51,427 nucleotides of DNA from an uncultured Candidatus Saccharibacteria bacterium (GCA_964591325.1 CAZQAQ010000002.1:9892-61318); one strand, 5' to 3'. Positions 1 to 12,269 are shown, counted from the first letter of the stretch. Made by a program: numbers and translations. The notes: a model not told the origin generated them from the sequence alone.

Positions 1-806
1 TCAGAGGAAATGTTTATTACAGACAAGGACAGTTATCAATAGCTTTGCGTCTTATCCCAAAAAGCATAAGAACACTTTCTGAATTACACCTACCGCCAGT
101 ACTAGAATCTTTTACTAGAAAGCCACAAGGGTTCTTTCTTTGTGTGGGACCTATTGGTCAAGGTAAAACTACAACACTAGCTTCACTTATTGAAATAATA
201 AATCAAACAAGAAGTGAACATATACTTACAATTGAAGACCCTATCGAATACCTCTATGATTCAAAGAAATCAATCATAGATCAAAGGGAAATAGGTACGG
301 ACGCTCCAGATTTTCATTCTGCACTTACTGCAATGTTTAGAGAGGATATAGATGTTTGTCTTGTAGGGGAAATGAGAGATATACAGACTATATCTACAGC
401 TGTTACAGCTGCAGAAACAGGTCACCTTATATTTTCAACACTCCATACAAACAATGCCGCTCAGACTATAAATCGTATAATAGACTCATTTCCACCTTCT
501 CAACAGGATCAGATTCGTATACAGCTTGCTGGGAGTTTGACCGGAATATTCTCTCAAAGATTGATACCAAGAGTTTCTGGAGGTCTAGTTCCTGCTTATG
601 AGCTTCTTATAAATAACAATGCTGTTGCAAACCTAATAAGAGAAAAGAGAATACATGAAATAAATACAGTTATTGAAACAGGGCTTGGGGAAGGAATGGT
701 AGATATGAACCGTTCTCTCGCAGAACTTGTACGTATAGGTGAGATTACTGTTGATAATGCTTTCTTAAATTCATTTAACCCAAAGACACTGGAAAGAATG
801 ATATAA
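1..806 (+). CDS. pilT: Type IV pilus retraction ATPase PilT-like, 5' end cut by window edge
   Basis: The frame is open from base 3 (RGNVYYRQGQLSIALRLIP...), so the listed TTG at 45 is internal. Walker A GPIGQGKTT, Walker B/Asp box DVCLVGEMRD, His box TGHLIFSTLHT. pilC lies immediately downstream. Confidence 0.85.
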   Translation, partial: RGNVYYRQGQLSIALRLIPKSIRTLSELHLPPVLESFTRKPQGFFLCVGPIGQGKTTTLASLIEIINQTRSEHILTIEDPIEYLYDSKKSIIDQREIGTDAPDFHSALTAMFREDIDVCLVGEMRDIQTISTAVTAAETGHLIFSTLHTNNAAQTINRIIDSFPPSQQDQIRIQLAGSLTGIFSQRLIPRVSGGLVPAYELLINNNAVANLIREKRIHEINTVIETGLGEGMVDMNRSLAELVRIGEITVDNAFLNSFNPKTLERMI

Positions 807-810
807 AAAT

Positions 811-2019
811 ATGTTATTTATATACAAAGCAATAGACAATACAGGTGCAGAAAAATCAGGATCAATAGATGCTATAAATGTTGATATAGCGATTTCTTCA
901 CTTCAAAGAAGAGGTTTGGTTATCACATCTATAAATGAAGCAGACGCTGGAAAGGGTTTGTTTTCAAAAAATATTTCTTTCTTTGATAGAGTTTCAAATA
1001 AAGATGTTGTGATTTTGTCTAGACAATTGGCTACACTGTTTGAAGCGCAGGTTTCAGCTCTTAGAATATTTAGACTACTATCATCTGAAGCTGAAAATAA
1101 ATTCTTAGGTAAATCACTTGCTACTATTGCTGATGATCTACAATCTGGTAGTTCAGTTTCTGTTGCTTTGGGTAAGCATCCAAAGATATTTACAGAATTT
1201 TATACAAGTATGGTAAAAGCAGGTGAAGAGTCTGGAAAATTGAACGATACATTCAACTACCTAGCAGATTATCTAGATAGAACATATGCTTTAGTTTCAA
1301 AAGCAAAAGGGGCTTTGATATACCCAGCTTTCGTCATAGGAACATTTATAACCGTTATGATCCTTATGTTCACTACTGTTATTCCAAAGATCAGTGCAAT
1401 ACTTGTAGATTCAGGACAAGAGATACCTATATATACAAAAATAGTTTTGGGAATAAGTAATTTCTTTGTATCTTATGGATTTATTATGCTAGGTGTTGCT
1501 ATAGTCGGAGGATTTTTATTGGTTAGATATATAAGAACAAAAGATGGAAGAATGGCTTTTGATAAATTTAAACTAGCTATACCTTTTGTAAGTACACTAT
1601 TCAAGAAACTTTATCTTTCAAGACTTTCAGACAATATGAATACTATGCTTATGGCAGGTATACCTATGATCAGGGCTTTGGAACTAACTTCTTCAGTTAT
1701 AAATAACGTAGTTTATAAAGGAATAATATCTGATGCGGTGGAAGGTGTGAAAGCAGGTAAACCAATATCAGAATCACTATCAAACAATACTCAAATACCT
1801 GGAATTATGATTCAAATGATGAAGGTTGGAGAGGAAACAGGAGAATTGGGTAATATTTTGAAAACTCTAGCAACATTCTACTCAAGAGAGGTAACAACAG
1901 CAGTAGATGCTCTGGTGAGCCTTATAGAACCACTTATGATAGTCCTTTTGGGAGGAGGGGTGGCTGTATTGCTAGCTTCTGTACTTATACCTATATACAA
2001 TATCGCTTCTTCACAGTAA
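811..2019 (+). CDS. pilC: Type IV pilus platform protein PilC (GspF family)
   Basis: 402 aa polytopic membrane protein with the duplicated GspF-type motif (KAGEESGKL and KVGEETGEL). Sits between pilT and the pilin gene. Confidence 0.85.
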   Translation: MLFIYKAIDNTGAEKSGSIDAINVDIAISSLQRRGLVITSINEADAGKGLFSKNISFFDRVSNKDVVILSRQLATLFEAQVSALRIFRLLSSEAENKFLGKSLATIADDLQSGSSVSVALGKHPKIFTEFYTSMVKAGEESGKLNDTFNYLADYLDRTYALVSKAKGALIYPAFVIGTFITVMILMFTTVIPKISAILVDSGQEIPIYTKIVLGISNFFVSYGFIMLGVAIVGGFLLVRYIRTKDGRMAFDKFKLAIPFVSTLFKKLYLSRLSDNMNTMLMAGIPMIRALELTSSVINNVVYKGIISDAVEGVKAGKPISESLSNNTQIPGIMIQMMKVGEETGELGNILKTLATFYSREVTTAVDALVSLIEPLMIVLLGGGVAVLLASVLIPIYNIASSQ

Positions 2020-2070
2020 GAGGTTTTGCACTAGTTATCCACATTGGTATTTAGTTCACATAAACAACTT

Positions 2071-2079
2071 TGCTATAAT
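2071..2079 (+). promoter_or_regulatory. Candidate extended -10 promoter element for the major pilin gene
   Basis: TGcTATAAT at 2071-2079, about 45 nt upstream of the pilin ATG. Only a weak -35 (TTAGTT at 2051-2056). Confidence 0.35.
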
Positions 2080-2124
2080 AGTGTTCATAAGGTATTAAAG
2101 TTAAATTAATAGTAATTAAATAAA

Positions 2125-2649
2125 ATGAAAACATATTTAAATAGAGGTTTCACATTGATCGAATTGCTAGTTGTGATAGCAATCATCGGTATATTGTCAT
2201 CGGTTGTTCTTGCATCACTAAATACAGCAAGAGGAAAGGGATCTGATACAGCAGTAAAGGCAAACCTTGCAAATGTAAGAGCACAGGCAGAGATAATTTA
2301 TGACGGACAGAGTTGTTATTCAAGTGATGCTAGTACAGCATGTGCAGCAGCAGCTGTTAATGCCGTAGCTGCATGTCCAGCTGTCGGAGCAGGTACAGCA
2401 GGAACATTGTTTAGAAATGATACAGTAGCAAATCAGATAGCTTCTGCAAAAGCAGCAGCTGGAGGACTTACAGCTTGTGCTTCTACAGCAAATCAGGCTG
2501 CTTGGGCAATTGCTGTTCAGTTGAAACAAGATCTTAAGACAGCATGGTGTGTAGATAGTACAGGCGCTTCAAAGCAAATAGGTGATGCTTCAGCATATAC
2601 ACAAGCAACATTAACTGCAGATGTAGCTGGAGGAGTTTGTGGTTCATAA
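2125..2649 (+). CDS. pilA: Type IV major pilin (prepilin with class III signal peptide)
   Basis: N-terminus MKTYLNRG/FTLIELLVVIAIIGIL has the G/F cleavage site, Glu5 and a hydrophobic helix. Ala/Thr-rich globular part with several Cys. Strong terminator follows. Confidence 0.85.
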   Translation: MKTYLNRGFTLIELLVVIAIIGILSSVVLASLNTARGKGSDTAVKANLANVRAQAEIIYDGQSCYSSDASTACAAAAVNAVAACPAVGAGTAGTLFRNDTVANQIASAKAAAGGLTACASTANQAAWAIAVQLKQDLKTAWCVDSTGASKQIGDASAYTQATLTADVAGGVCGS

Positions 2650-2668
2650 TTTGATTTAGTTAGTAAAA

Positions 2669-2699
2669 CAAAAAACCACCTTTATGGGTGGTTTTTTTG
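2669..2699. terminator. Bidirectional rho-independent terminator between convergent pilA and the glycosyltransferase gene
   Basis: AAAAAACCACC-TTTATG-GGTGGTTTTTTT: G/C stem flanked by an A-run and a T-run. Confidence 0.7.
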
Positions 2700-2709
2700 T
2701 TTATGCTGC

Positions 2710-4092
2710 CTATTGAAATTTATGCCAGTTGATTAAAAGTCTACCAAACATATTTAACCAATTTCTGCATATTCCCATTCTATTTTCATTTGGGTCTTTT
2801 GTTATATCTGACATAAAGCTATTTGTATCAGGGTTATCTATGGTTTTTGATAATTCCTCCATATCTTTTCTCCATGGCTCAGCTACATTTGTGTTTGTAT
2901 TTGAAAGGTGTTTTGAATAATTACTGATTGATTTTAGTATTTTATAACAATAATCTTGCATTAGTAATTCAAATAATTGTGTGGGTTGGTCTGTAATATC
3001 TATGATCTTTTTTCCTATTTCGTTCATGTTTACCAAAGGGTCAATATTATTTACTTTCATATTTGAAATTATATTTGAAATTACTCGATCCATTTTTGTC
3101 AGCTCATATACACTATTGTTACCAACTGGTCTAGAACCACGAGGTCTTTCATGACCAATAATTAAGGGTGAAAAATACGACACTTTATCAGCAAACGCTT
3201 TCCACCTTAGGGTTCCATATACTAATTCATGGCCTCTACCGTTCGACATAAAAGGAGGTGTAAGTTTTCTATTATCTATACCCATAACTGTACATATACA
3301 CATTATTCCTTGATATATAGTTTCTGACATTGTTGACCACACTATTCTTCGAGTATTTTTTATATTTTTATATTCATCCGAAGTAATATTTCCTAGTTTA
3401 TTGAATACTTGTGGTAATAACATTAGTGGGGTATTTGATTCCATAGGAGAATCACCATATATACCCATAAAAGTATCTATAACAGAACTATCCTTTATGT
3501 ATTCAGGTGTATCTGCTTTAAATATTTCTGAGACTTTTTTGCCTAGTGCTTTTTCATGAATTGATAAAATGTCTATTTCTATAGGTTTAAATAAACTTGG
3601 AACATTTTCATCTTTATTTAAAAACCAAGTTTCAAAAGGGTTTTCTATTGTAAAGTTAGGTCTTGTCTGGTCTGGTGTAAAAAAATTAAATATTACATCG
3701 TAGTCTATTGAGATAATCAATTCACCTTTTGTGTTTGCTAAAAGATAATTTTGGCTCGACCCTACAGTATAAGCAGAGTTTTTGTCTCCACAAAATGCAT
3801 ATATACACACATCCTCTGGTATATTCTTTTCTTTTGATACTTTTATTGCATAGTTTCTCCTATCATCTCTATCAATAAATTCTATTTTTCCTTTATATCT
3901 GTCAACCACACCATTTATTATCTCTCTGTTTTTGGTTGTATACTGTTGTTCACTACAATCATCTATTACCATTATTCTTGGTGTTCGATTGTACTTATTT
4001 AAGTTATCTATAAGTCCATTTAGAGCCGATTTAACTGTTTCATTATCATTATATGCTGGTATACAGACTGTGGTAATTTTTTGATTTTCCAT
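2710..4092 (-). CDS. GT-A fold (family-2-like) glycosyltransferase with a long uncharacterised C-terminal region
   Basis: N-terminus VCIPAYNDNETV...RIMVIDDCSE and a later IDYD (DxD-like) motif. 460 aa. Antisense to and embedded in the pilus locus. Confidence 0.55.
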   Translation of the reverse strand: MENQKITTVCIPAYNDNETVKSALNGLIDNLNKYNRTPRIMVIDDCSEQQYTTKNREIINGVVDRYKGKIEFIDRDDRRNYAIKVSKEKNIPEDVCIYAFCGDKNSAYTVGSSQNYLLANTKGELIISIDYDVIFNFFTPDQTRPNFTIENPFETWFLNKDENVPSLFKPIEIDILSIHEKALGKKVSEIFKADTPEYIKDSSVIDTFMGIYGDSPMESNTPLMLLPQVFNKLGNITSDEYKNIKNTRRIVWSTMSETIYQGIMCICTVMGIDNRKLTPPFMSNGRGHELVYGTLRWKAFADKVSYFSPLIIGHERPRGSRPVGNNSVYELTKMDRVISNIISNMKVNNIDPLVNMNEIGKKIIDITDQPTQLFELLMQDYCYKILKSISNYSKHLSNTNTNVAEPWRKDMEELSKTIDNPDTNSFMSDITKDPNENRMGICRNWLNMFGRLLINWHKFQ

Positions 4093-4162
4093 CTCTATAT
4101 TATATCTATATTTATCCTATTATAAAGATGCTCTTTATCTCTTTATCTGTTAAAATGTATAT

Positions 4163-4627
4163 ATGAAAATATCTTTTAAAAATGGTTTTACTTTGATTGA
4201 GCTTATGGTGGTTATGGCAATTATTGCTATATTAACAGCGGTTGTACTTTCAAATCTTGGTCAGTCAAAGATGAAGGCGCGTGATGGTAAGAGGGTATCT
4301 GATATTGCACAGATACAGCTTGCTCTAGAACTATACTTTGATAGGTGTAATGCTTATCCAGGTAGTTTGGATTTAACAAATTCAAACACTACTTGTGCTA
4401 CAAACTCAAATATAAAATTAGGCAATTATATTACTGCAATTCCTACTGACCCAGTTACAAAGGTTGTTTATGATTATTCAGGCTCTGGTAGTCCAGTTGT
4501 TGATTATGTTTTAAGAACTAAACTTGAAACTAGCAATCAAGCACTAAGTGATGATGTTGATGGTACACAGCTGACACTTGATTGTTCAGACTCTCCAAAC
4601 TTTTACTACTGTGTAAAGCCAAAGTAA
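4163..4627 (+). CDS. Type IV pilin-like protein
   Basis: KNG/FTLIELMVVMAIIAILTAVVL prepilin signal with Glu5. 154 aa. Its stop overlaps the pilD start (TAATG). Confidence 0.8.
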   Translation: MKISFKNGFTLIELMVVMAIIAILTAVVLSNLGQSKMKARDGKRVSDIAQIQLALELYFDRCNAYPGSLDLTNSNTTCATNSNIKLGNYITAIPTDPVTKVVYDYSGSGSPVVDYVLRTKLETSNQALSDDVDGTQLTLDCSDSPNFYYCVKPK

Positions 4628-5421
4628 TGAATGTTTTATTTTTAGTATTTTCTTTTATACTAGGTACTCTTATTGGAAGCTTTTTGAATGTTGTATCTCT
4701 GAGGTTCAATACTGGTATGACACTGGGGGGTAGATCAAAGTGTTTTTCCTGCGGTAAAACACTTACATGGAGTGAACTTATACCGGTATTTAGTTTTTTA
4801 TTTCAAAGTGGTAAATGTAGAAAATGTAAAACAAAGATCTCATGGCAATATCCTATTGTAGAAACAATTTCCGGGATAATTTTTGTCTTAATATTTATAT
4901 ATTTTCCTCCGATTGGGGTATATGAGAGTATAAATACAGTATTTTATTTGGTTATAACATGTATATTACTTGTTATTACTGTTTACGATATAAAACACAA
5001 GATTATCCCAGATTCACTTTCTTATAGTTTTGCTATTATCGCTTTTATTCATATGTTTATATCAAAAGATCTTACTTTTATTATGCCACCAATATATGAA
5101 ATACTTGCTGGACCCATCATTGCTTCACCTTTTGTATTTTTATGGATTATTTCAAAAGGTAAGTGGCTTGGACTTGGAGATGCAAAACTGGTTTTGGGTA
5201 TAGGTTATACACTAGGGCTTTTTGCTTCTATATCTAGTCTTATATTGTCTTTTTGGATAGGTGCTTTTGTTGGAGTTGCTTATATGCTTTTTATTGTAAA
5301 AAAATATAAAAAGGGTTATGAACTTCCTTTTGGTCCGTATCTTATTCTTGGAATGTATATTGTTCTTTTTACAAACATCACAATTATCGATATTCCATCA
5401 CTAATTTCTCTAATAAAATAA
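4627..5421 (+). CDS. pilD: Prepilin peptidase / N-methyltransferase PilD (A24 family)
   Basis: Likely start is the ATG at 4627 (MNVLFLVFSFILGTLIGSFLNVV), not the listed 4582. Cys pairs CFSCG...CRKC. Conserved Asp contexts VYDIKHKIIPD and GLGDAKL. Confidence 0.85.
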   Translation: MNVLFLVFSFILGTLIGSFLNVVSLRFNTGMTLGGRSKCFSCGKTLTWSELIPVFSFLFQSGKCRKCKTKISWQYPIVETISGIIFVLIFIYFPPIGVYESINTVFYLVITCILLVITVYDIKHKIIPDSLSYSFAIIAFIHMFISKDLTFIMPPIYEILAGPIIASPFVFLWIISKGKWLGLGDAKLVLGIGYTLGLFASISSLILSFWIGAFVGVAYMLFIVKKYKKGYELPFGPYLILGMYIVLFTNITIIDIPSLISLIK

Positions 5422-5422
5422 A

Positions 5423-6055
5423 ATGCAATTAAAAAATAAAAATAAAATTAGATCAAGTATAAAAGGTTTTACTCTGGTCGAACTAGTCATATCTATAGGA
5501 ATATTCGCTCTTATGACTGGTGTCTTACTTTCAAAATACGGAAACTTCAATCAAGGTGTAATACTTACAAATCTTGCTTATGATATAGCATTGGCAATAA
5601 GGACTTCTCAGTCTTACGGTATAAATGTAAAAAGTGCTCCAACAAGTAGTGCAAATTATTCAAATAGCTTCCAATACGGGTATGGTATGCACTTTAGTAC
5701 TTTAAATGATACCGAGAAAAAGAAAATGACTTTTTTTGTTGATAAATCTCCAGTAGATAAGGTTTATAACAAGCCAGACGATGACGCTCCTTCATCAGGT
5801 GAGCTTATAACAGAATATTCAGTTAAAAGAGGGCTTAAAATAAATAAACTTTGTGTTGGCGCTGATATATCTACATGTATTGCAGTAACTTCTATGGATG
5901 TTATGTTTCTACGTCCTGATCCAAATGCTATAATTACTGCAAACGGAAATGGGGGAACTACTTATTCTTATGCTTATATAGAGATACTATCTCCAGACGG
6001 TACAAGTAAAAAGATAGAAGTAAGGAAAACAGGTCAAATTGAAATAACAGATTAA
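5423..6055 (+). CDS. Minor pilin / pseudopilin
   Basis: IKG/FTLVELVISIGIFALMTG prepilin signal. 210 aa. Confidence 0.7.
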   Translation: MQLKNKNKIRSSIKGFTLVELVISIGIFALMTGVLLSKYGNFNQGVILTNLAYDIALAIRTSQSYGINVKSAPTSSANYSNSFQYGYGMHFSTLNDTEKKKMTFFVDKSPVDKVYNKPDDDAPSSGELITEYSVKRGLKINKLCVGADISTCIAVTSMDVMFLRPDPNAIITANGNGGTTYSYAYIEILSPDGTSKKIEVRKTGQIEITD

Positions 6056-6056
6056 A

Positions 6057-6698
6057 ATGTTTTTATTTTTAAATAAAAAAAGTACATTCAAAAAAGGTTT
6101 TACTCTAATAGAGATAATAGTGTCTTTGGCTATTTTCAGTATCGTTTCAGTCATAGCTGTTGGTGCACTTCTAAAGATTATTGATGCAAATAAGAAATCT
6201 CAGTCACTTAAAACTGCAATAAATAATGTTAGTTTTGTATTGGAATCTATGTCTCGTGAATTAAGAGTTGGTACAAACTACTATTGTACAAAAACAAATT
6301 TTACTCTTTCTAGTGGTGCTTCTTTACCATCAAGACTTGGATGTTCTGCTGATGTGCAAGATTGGATAATTGCTTTTTATTCTTCAAATACAGCATCAAA
6401 TGGGGCTGGAGGTAATTGTCATCTAGTGTATGCTTATCGATTTGCAAATGGAACAATAGAAAAAGCAGAGCAAACAACATGCTCAGATTCACTTTCAAAT
6501 TCTTCATTTCACCCAGTTATATCTAAAGATGTTAAGTTTTCAAAAGCGAGTTTGGCAGTAAATGTCTCACCGGTAGGCTCTTTTATTGAAAAACAATCAT
6601 ATGCACTCATTCATTTAGTTGGTTATGTTGGTGGAAAAGAAAATGTTCAAACACATTTCGATGTTCAAACAAGCATATCTCAAAGACTTACAGATTAA
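6057..6698 (+). CDS. Minor pilin / pseudopilin
   Basis: KKG/FTLIEIIVSLAIFSIVSV prepilin signal. 213 aa. Confidence 0.7.
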   Translation: MFLFLNKKSTFKKGFTLIEIIVSLAIFSIVSVIAVGALLKIIDANKKSQSLKTAINNVSFVLESMSRELRVGTNYYCTKTNFTLSSGASLPSRLGCSADVQDWIIAFYSSNTASNGAGGNCHLVYAYRFANGTIEKAEQTTCSDSLSNSSFHPVISKDVKFSKASLAVNVSPVGSFIEKQSYALIHLVGYVGGKENVQTHFDVQTSISQRLTD

Positions 6699-6701
6699 TT
6701 T

Positions 6702-7310
6702 ATGAAAAATATTATTTATAAAAATAAAATATTTAGTTTAAAAAGCCTAAAAAATAATTCTGGTTTTACTATTGTAGAGACTCTTGTTGCAATTACTATA
6801 CTTATGATAGCTATTGCAGGACCACTAACAATTGCTCAAAAGGGTCTTACTGCATCTACTTATGCTAGAGATCAAATGATTGCATCATTTCTTGCTCAAG
6901 ATGGGCTAGAGTATGCAAAAAATATAAGAGATAATAATCTTAAAAATAGAGACCCGATCGACTGGCTATATGGACTGACTTCTTGTACATCACATGACCC
7001 TTGTAGTGTAAACACACTCGATGGAGATCCTACGTCAGATACAAGTCCATTAGGTGTAGATACTTGTCCTTCTGGTTACGATACAAGTTCAAACTATGAG
7101 TGTCCTTTGTACAAAAGTAGTACAAATAATGTTGGTTATACTCCTGACTCATCAAATATAGACGAAACACAGTTTAATAGAGTTTTTTATATAATACCTG
7201 ATCAATTGAATTCAAATAAAGCTAGTATGGTGGTAAAAGTATTTTGGTATAACGGAACAGTATCAAATGAGGTCATATATCAAGATGAAATTTATAATAT
7301 AAGACTATGA
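6702..7310 (+). CDS. Minor pilin / pseudopilin
   Basis: NSG/FTIVETLVAITILMIAIAG prepilin signal. 202 aa. Confidence 0.7.
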   Translation: MKNIIYKNKIFSLKSLKNNSGFTIVETLVAITILMIAIAGPLTIAQKGLTASTYARDQMIASFLAQDGLEYAKNIRDNNLKNRDPIDWLYGLTSCTSHDPCSVNTLDGDPTSDTSPLGVDTCPSGYDTSSNYECPLYKSSTNNVGYTPDSSNIDETQFNRVFYIIPDQLNSNKASMVVKVFWYNGTVSNEVIYQDEIYNIRL

Positions 7311-7810
7311 TAAATAAAAGAAGATTAAATATTATATATAGTAGGGGATATACGCTTTTATTTGCTGTTTTGGTATCATCTCTTGTTTTGGTTGTAGGTG
7401 TTTCTATACTTACAATAAGTAAAAAAGAATATCAATTGTCTGCTTCGGCTAGAGATTCGACCCTTGCCATATACGCAGCAGATGGTGCTCTTGAGTGTTT
7501 TGCATATGCTGATCAGGATACACAACCTGGAGAATTCCATTCTGATATGGCATGTGGAGAAGATAGAGGGTCAGTGTATATCTCAAGTACAGATCCACTA
7601 CTCCATACACTTTCATTTAAAGCAAAAATGGGTAAGGGTGCGGATGATAACTCTTGTGCAGATCTTTATGTGGAAAAAAGGTATTCAAATAATACATGGT
7701 CAACCGTTATACAATCTAGAGGATATAGTACTGGGTGGGATAGTAATAATCTAGATTGTGGCAAAACTAGTGCAAAGAAAGTTGAGAGAGCTATTAGACT
7801 TTCTTACTAA
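7307..7810 (+). CDS. PilX/GspK-like minor pilin lacking Glu5
   Basis: SRG/YTLLFAVLVSSLVLVVG hydrophobic N-terminus without Glu5. ATGA overlap with the preceding gene. Confidence 0.5.
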   Translation: MINKRRLNIIYSRGYTLLFAVLVSSLVLVVGVSILTISKKEYQLSASARDSTLAIYAADGALECFAYADQDTQPGEFHSDMACGEDRGSVYISSTDPLLHTLSFKAKMGKGADDNSCADLYVEKRYSNNTWSTVIQSRGYSTGWDSNNLDCGKTSAKKVERAIRLSY

Positions 7811-9841
<2,031 letters not shown>

Positions 9842-9873
9842 GTGGTTTTTTGTTAGACTTCATTTATAAAATT

Positions 9874-10167
9874 ATGATAACAAAAGCTGAAATAGAGAAA
9901 CTGGCTGATCTGGCTAGAATAAAGGTCTCTGAGGACGAAAAAGAGTCATTGGCAAATGATATTGGTGCCATTCTTTCATATGTAGATGAAATTAAAAAGA
10001 TAAATATGGATATTGATGCAAAATCAGACATTGGAGCAGTATCAAACGTTGCTAGAGAGGATGTTGTTGTTTCTTCATCGCCTCAAACTATAGAAAACAT
10101 AATGAATGAATCACCCGATAGAGAAGGTGATTTTATTGCTGTTAAAAAGATAATATCTCAAGACTAA
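9874..10167 (+). CDS. gatC: Asp/Glu-tRNA amidotransferase subunit C
   Basis: MITKAEIEKLADLARIKVSEDEKE is a typical GatC N-terminus. The listed TTG at 9850 (AGGTGG 5 nt upstream) is an alternative start. gatA is directly downstream. Confidence 0.85.
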   Translation: MITKAEIEKLADLARIKVSEDEKESLANDIGAILSYVDEIKKINMDIDAKSDIGAVSNVAREDVVVSSSPQTIENIMNESPDREGDFIAVKKIISQD

Positions 10168-10168
10168 T

Positions 10169-11599
10169 ATGATAGATATAAACAACATCACAATAAAAAA
10201 AGCTCATGAAGATATGAAAAGTGGCAAATATTCTGCCACTGATCTTGCTAAGGCATATCTTGAAAATATAAAAATAATAGATGATAAAATCCACGCTTAT
10301 CTAGAGGTGTATAATGATGTTTTGGAACAAGCTAGTATAGCTGATAAAAAGTTTAAAAATGGTGATTATACTCTTTTGACCGGAATACCATTTGCTATAA
10401 AAGACAATATTTTGGTTAAAGGCAAAATAGCAAGTTCAGCTTCAAAGATATTGGAGAATTATCATGCTAGTTATGATGCAACTGCAATAGAAAAATTAAA
10501 AAAGGCAGGAGCTGTACTCATCGGTAGAACAAATATGGATGAATTTGCTCTAGGCGGTTCTACAGAAAAATCTGCTTTTGGTGTTACAAGAAACCCTCAT
10601 GATTTAGATAGAGTTCCTGGCGGTACTTCTGGGGGTTCTGCAGCTTCAGTTGCTTCAAATACATCTCTTGTTGCTTTGGGATCAGATACAGGAGGATCTG
10701 TGAGACAACCATCTGCATTTTGCGGTGTTGTAGGTTTAAAACCAAGTTATGGCTCTATATCAAGATACGGACTTATGTCAGCAGTGTCTTCATTTGATCA
10801 GATAGGTCCTATCGGTAAAACAGTTTCAGATGTTGAAATAGTTTTTAATACAATAAAAGGAAATGATATTCATGATGGAACAAGTATTAAAAGTGATACA
10901 TATAAAAAGACCAGAATTGGAAAAAGTAAACCAGTTATAGGGGTTCCTGGATTCTTTATGAATATGGGCGGAATTAAAAAAGAAGTTTTGGATAATTTTA
11001 AACTTACTATAAATAAGTTTAAAGAACTAGGTTTTGAAGTAAAAGATATAGATTTGCCAAATGCTTCTTATGCACTTCCTGCATATTATATTGTAAATTT
11101 TGCTGAAGTTTCTTCCAATCTTGCAAGATTTGATGGTGTAAAATACGGTTTACATAAAGAAGGAAAAGACATAGTGGGGGATTATTTTGAAACAAGAGGT
11201 AGTGGATTTGGTAAGGAAGCCAGAAGAAGAATATTACTAGGTACATATGTACTTTCTTCAGGATATTATGACGCTTATTACAATAGAGCAAATAAATTGA
11301 GACAAGTTATCACCAACGACTTCATAAAAGCTTTTGAAAAAGTTGATATAATAATAACACCTACTACACCAAGTCCTGCTTTTAAAATAGGTGAGAAAAA
11401 CAATGATCCGGTTTCCATGTACCTAGAAGATATATTTACAGTCACAGCAAATCTTACAGGTTTACCAGCAATGTCTATACCATCAGGTACTGTTGATATA
11501 GAAGGAAAGAAATTACCTCTAGGTATACAGATTACAGGAAGACATGGTGATGAAGATACATTGTTTGAAGCGGGAAAGGATTTTCTAGGTGAAAAATAA
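10169..11599 (+). CDS. gatA: Asp/Glu-tRNA amidotransferase subunit A
   Basis: Amidase signature GGTSGGSAASVAS...GSDTGGSVRQP. 476 aa. Confidence 0.95.
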   Translation: MIDINNITIKKAHEDMKSGKYSATDLAKAYLENIKIIDDKIHAYLEVYNDVLEQASIADKKFKNGDYTLLTGIPFAIKDNILVKGKIASSASKILENYHASYDATAIEKLKKAGAVLIGRTNMDEFALGGSTEKSAFGVTRNPHDLDRVPGGTSGGSAASVASNTSLVALGSDTGGSVRQPSAFCGVVGLKPSYGSISRYGLMSAVSSFDQIGPIGKTVSDVEIVFNTIKGNDIHDGTSIKSDTYKKTRIGKSKPVIGVPGFFMNMGGIKKEVLDNFKLTINKFKELGFEVKDIDLPNASYALPAYYIVNFAEVSSNLARFDGVKYGLHKEGKDIVGDYFETRGSGFGKEARRRILLGTYVLSSGYYDAYYNRANKLRQVITNDFIKAFEKVDIIITPTTPSPAFKIGEKNNDPVSMYLEDIFTVTANLTGLPAMSIPSGTVDIEGKKLPLGIQITGRHGDEDTLFEAGKDFLGEK

Positions 11600-11604
11600 A
11601 AAAT

Positions 11605-12198
11605 ATGGATGATGCACATATTTCATTAACTATTCCAGGTATTGATATTCAATACTATATTTCTGCTATATGGGATTATATTTTGAATCATCAAGATAGC
11701 TTATATAGCTTTATAAAATCATGCATAGGTGGCGCAGTTGGTTTATCAATACCAATATCGGTATTCTTATTTATAGGAATAATAATAGCAGTTGAAGGTA
11801 TAAAGAGTGTTAGAAGAAAAGAGGAAGATGTTTATTATCCAAAACCGAAACAAGATACAGTAAAGGTAGAAAATGAAATATCTAAGAGGTGGGATATGGT
11901 AAAAAAGCACATTTCTTCAGAAAATCAAAATGATTGGAGACAAGCTATTATGGAAGCAGATATTATACTTGATGATCTATTAGTTAAGTTGGGATATAAA
12001 GGTGAAAGTATTGGTGAAAGGTTGAAAAGGGTAGCAAAAGGTGATTTTTTAACATTAAGTGATGCGTGGGAGGCACATAAAGTTAGAAATGAAATCGCTC
12101 ACGAAGGATCAAGTGTAGAATTGAATCATTTAGAAGCAAAAAGGGTTATTGGTCTATATAGAAAGGTTTTTGAAGAATTCTATCATATACACGATTAG
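11605..12198 (+). CDS. Hypothetical membrane-anchored protein
   Basis: One clear TM segment (AVGLSIPISVFLFIGIIIAV) followed by a soluble, charged C-terminal domain. No motif recognised. Confidence 0.6.
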   Translation: MDDAHISLTIPGIDIQYYISAIWDYILNHQDSLYSFIKSCIGGAVGLSIPISVFLFIGIIIAVEGIKSVRRKEEDVYYPKPKQDTVKVENEISKRWDMVKKHISSENQNDWRQAIMEADIILDDLLVKLGYKGESIGERLKRVAKGDFLTLSDAWEAHKVRNEIAHEGSSVELNHLEAKRVIGLYRKVFEEFYHIHD

Positions 12199-12269
12199 AG
12201 CTTTTGTATTAGCCATATTGTGAACTTTTGATATTGCATTTTATTTAGTGTGTGGTAATATATGTTTAT

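Noticed and set aside
2320-2529. Cys-rich 69-aa minus-strand ORF
   Set aside because: It is antisense to the Ala-rich (GCA/GCT) part of the pilin gene and is a compositional artefact.
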